Below, one piece after another: positions 15,330 through 23,781 of a DNA stretch of 47,415 nucleotides (the stretch's first letter is position 1; each line of letters begins with the position of its first letter). The position numbers and the translations under genes were made by a program. The notes under the pieces are model-generated. The model had not been told where the DNA came from and did no database searches. It saw nothing but the letters and a program-made list of their open reading frames with translations. The stretch covers positions 1-47,415 of the forward strand of contig CAZMBS010000004.1 in assembly GCA_964564295.1 (NCBI GenBank), given 5' to 3'. The DNA comes from an uncultured Streptomycetaceae bacterium (lineage in GTDB: Bacteria > Pseudomonadota > Gammaproteobacteria > Burkholderiales > SG8-41).

Positions 15330-16913
15330 TCAGCGGCCCTTGAAGCTGATCTGGCCGGCGCGGAAGGTCAGCTCGTACGGCCGCTGCGCCGACGGAATGC
15401 GCCACTCGATGTTTTCGTTCATCGCGTAGGACTCGAACGGCTGGTACAGCACGATCCAGCCGCTCATGTCGTCGGCCATGTGCAACAGCTTGCGATAGGC
15501 GTCGCGCCGCTCGTTGAGATTGCCGGCGAACCGGGCCTTTTCATAAGTGGGAGCCCAGTCGGGGTGCGCGGGTTTCCAGAGCCCCTTTTTGCTGACCCAG
15601 CTGTCCTTGGACCAGTGCGTATCGAACACGCCCATCGGGTCCGGGTAATACAGCGGATTCGACCACGGCTGGATCATGACCTTCGTATGATCGGCGTTCG
15701 AAAACGCGGGCTCGCTCTGCTGGATCTTCACGTTGATGCCGACCTTCTTCCACATGTCCGCGACCGCGACCGCGGCGTAATTGCCGTACAGGTAGTACTC
15801 GGGAAAAAAGGTGATCGTGATCTGTTCGTTCTTGTAGCCCGACTTCTTCAGCAGTTCACGCGCCTGCTTCGGATCGTGGCGGTAGAAACGGAGGTCCGGC
15901 ATGAACAGCGGCTGCCCGTATTCCTTGAACTGGTGCGCGGTCGGCGCGATTCCCCGCCCGTTCCACAGCCCCTTCACCAGCGCTTCGCGATCGACGGCGA
16001 GATTGAGCGCCTTGCGGAAATCGGGATTGGCCATGACCGGGTGGCTCATGTTGAGCACCCAGATGTGAAACACCGGCAACGGCGCGCCGACGAGTTTGTA
16101 GCCTTTCACGCGCTGCACCGCCCCTTCCTGGTCCGGCGGCACGTTGACGATGAAATCGACTTCGCGGTTGATGAGCGCCGTGATGCGGGCCGCCACCTCG
16201 GGAATGCGCCGGTACGTGATGCGGTCGAACGGGGGACGGGGACCCCAGAACCGGTCGTGCCGCACGAGCACCGCGATTTCGCCCGGCCGGAGGCTTTCCA
16301 CCCGGTACGGCCCCGACCCCACGGGCTGCAATCCGGCCTTGTCGGCGCCGACACTCTGCACGTGTTTGCGGGACGTGATCCCGGCGTTGCGCGCGGACAA
16401 CAGGGTTTCGAGCAGCGGATCGGGCCTGTGCGTGTGTATGCGCACGGTCAGCCGGTCCACGACGTCCACGCCTTTCAGATTGTAGAAAAAGCGCCCCCGG
16501 GCGCTGCCGTAACGCGGATCCTTGCCGTCGATGACCCGTTCGAGGGAAAACTTCACGTCGTCGGCCTCGAGTGTCGAGCCGTCGTGCATGATCACGCCCT
16601 CGCGGAGCTTCAGCTCCATGGTCGTCGGCGCGACCATTTTCCAGCTCGTCGCAAGGCCCGGACCGAACTTGAGCGGCGCGGCGTGGTTGTCGCGCTCGAT
16701 CAGCGTGTCGTAGATCTGATAAAGAAATTGCGCGCCGTCGTTTCCCGTCATCTCCTGCACGTCGAGCGTGCGCACGTGGGACGCAACGCCGACCCGCAAC
16801 TCGCGCACCTGCGCGAACGCCTCGTGCGTGGCGACCGGCCCCAGCAGCGACACCACGGCCGCTCCCGTCAGCGCAATCAGGCACCTTCGTAACACATTGA
16901 ATATAAACATCAT
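15330..16913 (-). CDS. ABC transporter substrate-binding protein, family 5 (peptide/nickel/opine type)
   Basis: 527 aa with a signal peptide (..HEAFAQ). Family-5 SBP size and pattern. First gene of a five-gene importer unit. Confidence 0.85.
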   Translation of the reverse strand: MMFIFNVLRRCLIALTGAAVVSLLGPVATHEAFAQVRELRVGVASHVRTLDVQEMTGNDGAQFLYQIYDTLIERDNHAAPLKFGPGLATSWKMVAPTTMELKLREGVIMHDGSTLEADDVKFSLERVIDGKDPRYGSARGRFFYNLKGVDVVDRLTVRIHTHRPDPLLETLLSARNAGITSRKHVQSVGADKAGLQPVGSGPYRVESLRPGEIAVLVRHDRFWGPRPPFDRITYRRIPEVAARITALINREVDFIVNVPPDQEGAVQRVKGYKLVGAPLPVFHIWVLNMSHPVMANPDFRKALNLAVDREALVKGLWNGRGIAPTAHQFKEYGQPLFMPDLRFYRHDPKQARELLKKSGYKNEQITITFFPEYYLYGNYAAVAVADMWKKVGINVKIQQSEPAFSNADHTKVMIQPWSNPLYYPDPMGVFDTHWSKDSWVSKKGLWKPAHPDWAPTYEKARFAGNLNERRDAYRKLLHMADDMSGWIVLYQPFESYAMNENIEWRIPSAQRPYELTFRAGQISFKGR

Positions 16914-16952
16914 TTCACCTCTCGTTGTGTGCTGTGCATGATGGCGCCGACA

Positions 16953-17633
16953 TCACCGGCCGGTGGCTTTCACGGCGGCCTCCGCATCGGGCACGAGTCG
17001 CTTCGCCGCCGCATCCGTTTCCGCGAGTGCGCGCAGCGCCGCGAGCGCGGCCATCGCCTGATCGCGCTTGCCGAGGCTCGCCGACACCTTCGCGAACTCG
17101 AACTGCGCCTCCGCGTTTTTCGGCGCGAGCGTCGTCGCGGCCTGCAGATTCAGTTCGGCACGCTCGAGGCTTGCGCGCGAAACACCGTTCGAGCCGTCGG
17201 GCAGCTTCTGCGGCATCTGCGAAACCCTGCCGAGTTGCAGCAGTCCGTCCAGGTTTTTCGGATCCATCTCGACCACCATGTTGAGCTCGGTCGTCGCCTC
17301 CGCGATCCGCTCGAGTTCGATCTGCACCCTGGCATGCGCGAGATAGGGCGCGATCGAATGCCGGTCCAGTTTCTTGGCGGCAACATAGGCCGCGAGCGCG
17401 ACGTCGTGTTTTTTCTGCGCGGCGTACACGTTTCCGAGTTCCAGCCATGCCTGCATCGAGTGCTTGTCGAGCGCGGTTGCCTTCAGAAATTCGTCCGCCG
17501 CGGCGTCGAGCCTGTTCTCCGCCATCAGGGCCTTGCCGCGGGTCAGGTGGCCCTGCAGTTTCTCCGCGCCGTCGCCGCCACATCCGGTTATCGACAGGAA
17601 TGCGATCACGATCAGGCAGCGTGCGATGGGCAT
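16953..17633 (-). CDS. TPR-repeat lipoprotein
   Basis: Start at MPIARCLIVIAFLSITGC (lipobox ITGC). The rest is tandem TPR-like A/L/Y-rich helices. Confidence 0.7.
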   Translation of the reverse strand: MPIARCLIVIAFLSITGCGGDGAEKLQGHLTRGKALMAENRLDAAADEFLKATALDKHSMQAWLELGNVYAAQKKHDVALAAYVAAKKLDRHSIAPYLAHARVQIELERIAEATTELNMVVEMDPKNLDGLLQLGRVSQMPQKLPDGSNGVSRASLERAELNLQAATTLAPKNAEAQFEFAKVSASLGKRDQAMAALAALRALAETDAAAKRLVPDAEAAVKATGR

Positions 17634-17652
17634 GGTGCGGCTCCGGTGGCGT

Positions 17653-18474
17653 TCAGAGTATGCGGGCCCGGATCCGCGCACAGATCCAGTCCGATATGAA
17701 GACGAGCACGAATATCACGAGGATGCAGGTGGCGGTTTCGTGATACTTGAATAGTTTCATGGTCTTGATGAGCGAGAAGCCGAGTCCGCCCGCGCCCACG
17801 AGACCGAGGATCGTGGCCGCGCGGATGCTGACGTCGAACCGGTAAATGGAATAGCTGATGAACGCGGGAATTACCTGCGGCACGACGCCGAACAGGATCA
17901 CCTGCATGCGCCCCGCTCCCGTCGCCTCCATGGCCTCGATGGGGCCGCGATCGACGCCTTCGATTTCCTCGGCGCAGAACTTGGCCAGCATGCCGGTGGC
18001 GTGCAGCGCGATCGCCAGCACGCCGGCGAAGGGCCCGAGCCCCACGGCGGCGACAAAAATCAGCGCGAACACGAGTTCGTTGATGGCGCGCAGCGCGTTC
18101 AGGAACAGGCGCGTCGCGTGAAACACGATCGCATGCGGCGTCGTGTTGCGCGCGCCCAGAAGCGCGAACGGAATCGATAGCAGTATCGCGATCAGCGTTC
18201 CCCACACCGCGACCTGCACGGTTTCCAGCGTGGCCTGCCCGAGCAACTGCAGGTGCGACAGGTCCGGCGGAAACATGCGCGAAAAAAAATCCGCCATGAA
18301 CGGCACGCCCTTCACGAGCGCCGCCGGATTCATGCCGATCTGCGCGCCGGTGAACCAGAGGACCGCGACGGCCGCGACGGTCCAGATCGACGCGCGGGTC
18401 AGCGCGCGCATGCGGCGCGCCGAGGCCTCGGCCAGCGCGCCGGACACCGCCGAATCGAACGTCGTGGCGCTCAT
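17653..18474 (-). CDS. phnE: Phosphonate ABC transporter permease PhnE (second copy)
   Basis: 273-aa polytopic PhnE-like protein. ATGA overlap with the phnC stop. Confidence 0.85.
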   Translation of the reverse strand: MSATTFDSAVSGALAEASARRMRALTRASIWTVAAVAVLWFTGAQIGMNPAALVKGVPFMADFFSRMFPPDLSHLQLLGQATLETVQVAVWGTLIAILLSIPFALLGARNTTPHAIVFHATRLFLNALRAINELVFALIFVAAVGLGPFAGVLAIALHATGMLAKFCAEEIEGVDRGPIEAMEATGAGRMQVILFGVVPQVIPAFISYSIYRFDVSIRAATILGLVGAGGLGFSLIKTMKLFKYHETATCILVIFVLVFISDWICARIRARIL

Positions 18475-19274
18475 GCTTCCACGGGCTCCGGCTCCCCCGG
18501 CTCACGGTAGTAGATCCGGTGCAGGATCTCATCGGTCAGTTGCGACGACGCGCCCTCGAAGACGACCGATCCCCGGCTCATGCCCACGATCCGCTCGGAG
18601 AATTCCTTCGCATAATCCACCTGGTGCAGGTTGCACAGCACCGTGATTCCGAGTTCCTGCGCGGTCTGCCGCAGGTAACCCAGCACCTGGCGCGCGATCT
18701 TGGGGTCCAGGCTCGCGACCGGCTCGTCCGCGAGTATCACCTTCGGCTGCTGCGCGAGCGCGCGCGCGATCGCCACGCGCTGCTGTTCGCCGCCGGACAG
18801 CGTGTCGGCGCGCTGGAACGCCTTGTGCTCCATGTTCACGCGCGCGAGGCATTCGATCGCGATACGCTTGTCCGCCTCGGGAAAGCTGTAGAACAGGCTT
18901 CTCCAGGCGCTGCGGTAGGCCAGCCGGCCGGTCAGCACGTTGGTCAGCACCGACAGCCGTTTCACGAGGTTGAACTGCTGGAACACCATGCCGAACTGGC
19001 GCCGCACGTCGCGCAGGTCGCGGCGGTTGTCGGTCACCTCGGTGCCGTTGTGAAAAACCCTGCCCTCGCTCGGATCGACCAGGCGGTTCAAGCATCGAAG
19101 CAGCGTCGATTTGCCCGCGCCGCTCGGCCCCAGTATCACGAGAAATTCTCCCGCGGCGACGTCGATGCTGACGTTGTTGAGCGCCCGCACGCCGCCGGGA
19201 AAGGTTTTCGACAGCCCGCGTATCGACAGCATCGGTGCCGCGGCCTGTGCGCTATCTGCCATCGGTGCGTTCAC
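18471..19274 (-). CDS. phnC: Phosphonate ABC transporter ATP-binding protein PhnC
   Basis: 267 aa with Walker A GPSGAGKSTLLRCLNRL and signature LSGGEQQRVAIARAL. Pattern is PhnC-type. Confidence 0.9.
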   Translation of the reverse strand: MNAPMADSAQAAAPMLSIRGLSKTFPGGVRALNNVSIDVAAGEFLVILGPSGAGKSTLLRCLNRLVDPSEGRVFHNGTEVTDNRRDLRDVRRQFGMVFQQFNLVKRLSVLTNVLTGRLAYRSAWRSLFYSFPEADKRIAIECLARVNMEHKAFQRADTLSGGEQQRVAIARALAQQPKVILADEPVASLDPKIARQVLGYLRQTAQELGITVLCNLHQVDYAKEFSERIVGMSRGSVVFEGASSQLTDEILHRIYYREPGEPEPVEA

Positions 19275-19283
19275 GGAATTCCC

Positions 19284-20102
19284 CTAATAGATGCGGCTGC
19301 GTATGTGCGTGGATGCAAAGTCGATGATGGTGACCATTGCGAGTATCAGCAGCAGCACCACGCCGGTCTCCCGCCACTCGAAAAGCCGGATCGTCGTCAC
19401 GAGTTCGAAGCCGATGCCGCCCGCGCCCACCATGCCGAGCACCGTCGCCGAGCGCACGCCGACCTCGAACCAGTACAGGTTGTAGGTTACGAACTGCGGC
19501 AGCGCCTGCGGAAACATCGCGTACAGAATGATCTGCAGGCGGCTCGCCCCGGTCGCCGCAAGCGCCTCGACCGGGCCCGGGTCGATGTTCTCCAGCGCTT
19601 CTGCATAAAGCCGCCCGAGAATGCCGCCGAAATTCACACCCAGCGCCAGCGCGCCCGGGAACGGCCCCAGTCCCACGGCCGCCACGAAAAACACGGCCCA
19701 GATCAGTTCGGAGATGCTGCGCAGCAGGTTGAGGATCGCCTTCGACGCGTTGCGCAAAGGAACCGACCGCGTGACGTTCGATGCCGCAAGCACGCCGAGC
19801 GGCAGTCCGATGGCGAGTGCGATCACGTTGCCCCAGAGCGCGATGTAGATCGTCTCGACCGCCGGCTTCCACAGCACCTCCGAAAATTCCCATTTCGGCG
19901 GCCACATGCGGTAGAAATACTCGCCGATGGCGGGCAGCGCATCCACGAGCGCGCCCGGGCGCAGGTTCACGCCCTCGGCGCACCAGGCGAGAAACGCGAC
20001 CACCACGCCCGCCAGCAGCATGTGGTGGACGCGCCAGCGCTTGCGCGCCGCGAGCGCGGCCATCGCGCTGTCGACCGCGGAAACGGGAACTGCCGCGCTC
20101 AC
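19284..20102 (-). CDS. phnE: Phosphonate ABC transporter permease PhnE (first copy)
   Basis: 272-aa polytopic PhnE-like protein lying between phnD and phnC. Confidence 0.85.
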   Translation of the reverse strand: MSAAVPVSAVDSAMAALAARKRWRVHHMLLAGVVVAFLAWCAEGVNLRPGALVDALPAIGEYFYRMWPPKWEFSEVLWKPAVETIYIALWGNVIALAIGLPLGVLAASNVTRSVPLRNASKAILNLLRSISELIWAVFFVAAVGLGPFPGALALGVNFGGILGRLYAEALENIDPGPVEALAATGASRLQIILYAMFPQALPQFVTYNLYWFEVGVRSATVLGMVGAGGIGFELVTTIRLFEWRETGVVLLLILAMVTIIDFASTHIRSRIY

Positions 20103-20108
20103 GCCGGA

Positions 20109-20990
20109 TTACTTCATCTTCTTGAGATCGAGTTTCAGCGCCGTCGCGATGTCTCGGATCGGGTCGTAGTCCTTGTCCGTCGCCGGATCGAAGCGCGCCA
20201 CGGTCCCCATCTCGCCGAACGCGAGATTCTTGATGCTGAAGAACGCATCGCGAATCCTTTTCTTCATGTCCTCCGGCAGATTCTTGCGGTACAGCAGCGG
20301 GTCGTTCGGGATGGCGGGCGACTCCCACACCACCTTCAGCTTGTTGCAGTCCGCGAGTCCCTTGGCGCAGGCCCGCTCGTAGATGCGGTCGGCCACGGCG
20401 CCGGCGTCCACCTTGCCGCCGCCCACCGACACTATCGTCGAATCGTGGCCGCCGGAGTACACGACCTGCCGGAAATCCTTTTCGGGGGTGATGCCGGCCC
20501 TGATGAACGCGGCAGAAGGCACCATGAAGCCGGACGTGGAACCCGGGTCGACGAACGCGAAGGTCCTGCCCTTGATGTCGGCCAGCGAGTTGATCTTGCT
20601 ATCCCTGCCGGCAATGATGATCGACTTGTAGCTCGGCTGCATCGTGCGGGCGACGACCGTCACGGCGAAAGCCTCTACCGGCGCGACCGTGGTCGCGAGC
20701 ACGTAGGAGAACGGTCCCAGCAGAGCGACGTCGATGTGCCCGGCGCGCAGCGCTTCGATGGTGGCGTTGTAGTCCGAGCCCACGAACGTATCGACCTTCA
20801 TGCCGGTGTGCTTCGCGACGATGTCGAGTATCGCCTGCGACTGCCGCACCATCGCGCGCGAATCCTCTGCCGGTATGAATCCCACGGTGAGCACGCCGGG
20901 CTTCGCCGTGCCCTGCGCCCAGCCGGTCGCCGCCAGCAGCGCAAATGCGAGCCCCACCAGCATGCGTCGTACCGAATCAAGATGTTGCAT
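20109..20990 (-). CDS. phnD: Phosphonate ABC transporter substrate-binding protein PhnD
   Basis: Internal start MQHLDSVRRM.. preceded by GGAGGA, giving 293 aa with a signal peptide and PhnD-like motifs (GFIPAED, FVDPGSTSG). The upstream 222 codons of the track ORF are Arg-rich read-through. Confidence 0.9.
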   Translation of the reverse strand: MQHLDSVRRMLVGLAFALLAATGWAQGTAKPGVLTVGFIPAEDSRAMVRQSQAILDIVAKHTGMKVDTFVGSDYNATIEALRAGHIDVALLGPFSYVLATTVAPVEAFAVTVVARTMQPSYKSIIIAGRDSKINSLADIKGRTFAFVDPGSTSGFMVPSAAFIRAGITPEKDFRQVVYSGGHDSTIVSVGGGKVDAGAVADRIYERACAKGLADCNKLKVVWESPAIPNDPLLYRKNLPEDMKKRIRDAFFSIKNLAFGEMGTVARFDPATDKDYDPIRDIATALKLDLKKMK

Positions 20991-21063
20991 GGTCGTTTTC
21001 CTCCAGGTCTGAATCAAATCGATCGGATCTACTGTCTTGCGTCTGACTACTTGACAATAAACT

Positions 21064-21081
21064 TTTAAAATCAATATGTTA
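21064..21081. promoter_or_regulatory. Candidate operator motif TTTAAAA-N-CAATATGTTA upstream of phnD (shared with 25987-26004)
   Basis: 18 of 19 aligned positions identical between the two intergenic sites. Contains AACA-ATA-TGTT dyad symmetry. Confidence 0.4.
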
Positions 21082-21160
21082 CGCTGCGCGCTGCCTGAGG
21101 GCCGCGCGCGGCCGCCGCAGGCTACCGCAGATTCGTGACACTTTCGCGTAGCCCTGGGTG

Positions 21161-22639
21161 CTACCACCGCATGTGTATGTTCTTGATCTGGGTATAGCTC
21201 AGCATCTCCTCGAACGTCTCCTCGACTCCGAGCCCGCTCGATTTCCAGCCGCCGTACGGCGCGCCGAGGTAACGTCCGTTGCCGTTGATCCACACGTACC
21301 CGGCCTCCACGCGCTCGGCTGCCTCCATCGCCTGCGCGAGATTCTGGGTCACGATCGCGGCCGTGAGGCCGTACTGCAGCGCGTTCGCCTGCGCAAGCAC
21401 GTCCTCGGTGTCGCGCCACGTGATGACCGACATGACCGGCCCGAAAATTTCCTCGCGCGCGATTTTCATGTCGCGCGTCACGCCGTCGAACACCGTCGGA
21501 TTCACGAAATAGCCGTTCTGCAGTTCGGGCGCGCCGGGCTTGCCGCCGCCCGTGGCAAGCCGCGCGCCTTCGCTGCTGCCGGATGCGATGTATCCCATGA
21601 CGCGCGTGTACTGCTTCTCCGATACGATGGGGCCCAGTTCGTTCGTCTCGATCCACGGAAAACCGACCGGCAGCGCGTTGGCGAGCCGCACGATTTCATC
21701 TAGCACGGGCTGGTGCAGCGACTCGTGCACGTAGACGCGCGAGGTCGAGCTGCACGACTGGCCCTGGCGGTTCATGTTCATGCCCTTGATCGCCGCCGCC
21801 GCCGCGGACTTGGGATCGGCGTCGGGAAAGATGATGATGGGGTTCTTGCCGCCAAGTTCGAGGCTCACGCGCTTCAGGCTCTCCGCGGCCGCCATCGACA
21901 CGCGCCGTCCGGCCTCGACCGAACCCACGAGTCCGATGCGCGGCACGTCCGGATGGCGCACCAGCGCCTCGCCCGCCACGGCGTCCCCGGTGATGATGTT
22001 CACAACGCCCGGCGGCAAAATGCCGTCGCAGAGTTCGCCGAGCTTCAGGCTCGAGAGCGGCGCCTGTTCCGATCCCTTGATGACCACGCAGTTGCCCGCG
22101 GCGAGCGGGGCCGCGGCCTTCTCCGCGCAAAACCGGAACGGATGATTGAACGGATTGATCTTGCCGACGACGCCGAACGGCTGGCGCCGCGTGAAATTCA
22201 GGTGACGCGGGCCCTGGGAACTGGTTTCACCCTTGACCTCGGCCACGAGCCCCGCGAAATACTCCAGGCTGTCTGCGGTCCAGTCCATGTCGCCGCGCAT
22301 GCCGGTCACCGCGTTTCCGGCGTCGATGGCGTCCATCATGCCGAGCGCGTTGCGTTGCTCGCGGATGCGTTTTGCGAGCGCTTCCAGGCACTTCGCGCGC
22401 TCCCGCATCGGCATGCGGCGCCATTCCGGAAAAGCCTTCTTCGCCGCCTGCACCGCGCGGTCGACGTCGGCCGCGGCCGCGTACGGCACTTCCCCGAGTT
22501 TTTTCCCGGTGGACGGGCTGTACGTCGCAAACGTGCGGCCGGACGCCGCCGCCTCCCATTTGCCGCCGATGTAAAGGCCCTTGGGCGTGTAGCCCAGATC
22601 GGGTTCCGGTGGGGCCTTCGCGCTGGTGCTGGCTGACAT
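21161..22639 (-). CDS. phnY: Aldehyde dehydrogenase, context-assigned phosphonoacetaldehyde dehydrogenase PhnY
   Basis: 492 aa from MSASTSAK (GGAGG SD). ALDH motifs ELGGKNP and GQSCSSTSR (catalytic Cys). Clustered with phnA. Confidence 0.8.
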   Translation of the reverse strand: MSASTSAKAPPEPDLGYTPKGLYIGGKWEAAASGRTFATYSPSTGKKLGEVPYAAAADVDRAVQAAKKAFPEWRRMPMRERAKCLEALAKRIREQRNALGMMDAIDAGNAVTGMRGDMDWTADSLEYFAGLVAEVKGETSSQGPRHLNFTRRQPFGVVGKINPFNHPFRFCAEKAAAPLAAGNCVVIKGSEQAPLSSLKLGELCDGILPPGVVNIITGDAVAGEALVRHPDVPRIGLVGSVEAGRRVSMAAAESLKRVSLELGGKNPIIIFPDADPKSAAAAAIKGMNMNRQGQSCSSTSRVYVHESLHQPVLDEIVRLANALPVGFPWIETNELGPIVSEKQYTRVMGYIASGSSEGARLATGGGKPGAPELQNGYFVNPTVFDGVTRDMKIAREEIFGPVMSVITWRDTEDVLAQANALQYGLTAAIVTQNLAQAMEAAERVEAGYVWINGNGRYLGAPYGGWKSSGLGVEETFEEMLSYTQIKNIHMRW

Positions 22640-22668
22640 GCTGTGCAATCCTCCGGTGGTGTGGTCGG

Positions 22669-23781
22669 TTACGGAACGATCGCCGCGCGCAGCACGCGCC
22701 GCGCTTCCGCATCTTTCATGGCCCTGCCGACTTCCTCGAGCGGGTACTTGCCGTCGACGAGGTCGTGAAACGGAAAACGCCTGCGGTTCGCGTGCACGAA
22801 ATCGAGCGCCTCGATCAGGTGCCGCGGGTGATAGTTGTGCACGCCGCGCAGCGTGACGAGCTTGCGCAGAATCTGGTTCAGGTCGATGCGCGCGTAGGAT
22901 TCGGGGTTGACGAGCCCGCCCAGTACGTAGCGACCGCCGGTGCGCAGATACTGGATGCCGGAAGTCACGACTTCCGGATACCCGCAGACTTCGATCACGA
23001 CGTCCGCCCCTTCCGGCTTGCACAGCGCCCGCACGGCCTTGACGAGCTCCGCCTCGTCCATGGCCGACGGATCGAACGCGTGGTCCACGCCGAACCGGCT
23101 GCCGAGCTCGCGCCGTGCGGCAACCGTGTCGAGCCCGATCACGAGCCGCGCGCCGCGCGCCCTGGCGATCGCCGCGCCGTACAGCCCGAGCAGGCCGAGG
23201 CCCTGCACGACAACCGCGTCGCCCATGCCGATTTCGGCGCGTTCCGTCACGCAGATCATCGTCGCGACACCGCAGTTGATCGGCGTTGCCTCCTCGTCGG
23301 TAAGATCGGCGGGCAGCTTCAGTATCCAAGACTGCGGCAGCACGTAGCAGTATTCGCCGAATCCGCCATGGTGATGCGGCTCGGTCGTCACGGCCATGTG
23401 CCCGTACTTGTCGACGCCCGGAGACTTCTGCGGCAGGTCCAGCACTTCCGTGTAGTAATTCGGCCCCGGGATGAAGTACTCGCTCCACGTGATGCGATCG
23501 CCGGTCGCGAGCGGCTCCCCGCGCATGTCGTGCGTGATGCCCGCGCCGAGCGCGACGATGTTGCCGATGATCTCGTGCCCGAGCACACCGGGGCACGGAT
23601 TCGGCCGGTGTCCCAGGTACGAATGTATGTCGGACCGGCAGATCGTCGACATGCGGATTTTGACCAGCACCTCGCCCGCGCGCGGCGCGCGCACCGGAAA
23701 CATCCGGATTTCGAACGGTTGGTTCGGCGCGTCGTATACGGCGAGCCTGCCCGAGCGCGCCTCCATTCCTGTCGGCGCCAT
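22669..23781 (-). CDS. Zn-dependent medium-chain alcohol dehydrogenase (phosphonate-catabolism-associated clade)
   Basis: 370 aa from MAPTGMEAR, with a TGATG overlap with the phnA stop. MDR motifs CRSDIH, GHEIIG and GLGLLG (Rossmann). Confidence 0.85.
   Translation of the reverse strand: MAPTGMEARSGRLAVYDAPNQPFEIRMFPVRAPRAGEVLVKIRMSTICRSDIHSYLGHRPNPCPGVLGHEIIGNIVALGAGITHDMRGEPLATGDRITWSEYFIPGPNYYTEVLDLPQKSPGVDKYGHMAVTTEPHHHGGFGEYCYVLPQSWILKLPADLTDEEATPINCGVATMICVTERAEIGMGDAVVVQGLGLLGLYGAAIARARGARLVIGLDTVAARRELGSRFGVDHAFDPSAMDEAELVKAVRALCKPEGADVVIEVCGYPEVVTSGIQYLRTGGRYVLGGLVNPESYARIDLNQILRKLVTLRGVHNYHPRHLIEALDFVHANRRRFPFHDLVDGKYPLEEVGRAMKDAEARRVLRAAIVP

Noticed and set aside
20991-21160. Pho boxes (two CTGTCAT-like 7-mers with 11-bp periodicity), sought here and in 25833-26015, given the phosphorus-scavenging gene content.
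   Set aside because: Only isolated TGTCA/GTCA pentamers with the wrong spacing were seen (for example TTGTCAAGTAGTCAGAC on the minus strand). This is not convincing by eye and needs a matrix scan with a lineage-specific PhoB model.
21161-23596. Very long N-terminal extensions of real genes in the track: 811 aa for the ALDH, 766 aa for the ADH (22669-24969), 515 aa for PhnD (20109-21656), 399 aa for the 2Fe-2S subunit (34134-35333) and 576 aa for the Bug SBP (43732-45462).
   Set aside because: The extensions run through the neighbouring upstream genes in another frame and are Arg-rich nonsense. Internal Met codons with good SD sequences give family-typical lengths and tight stop/start junctions.
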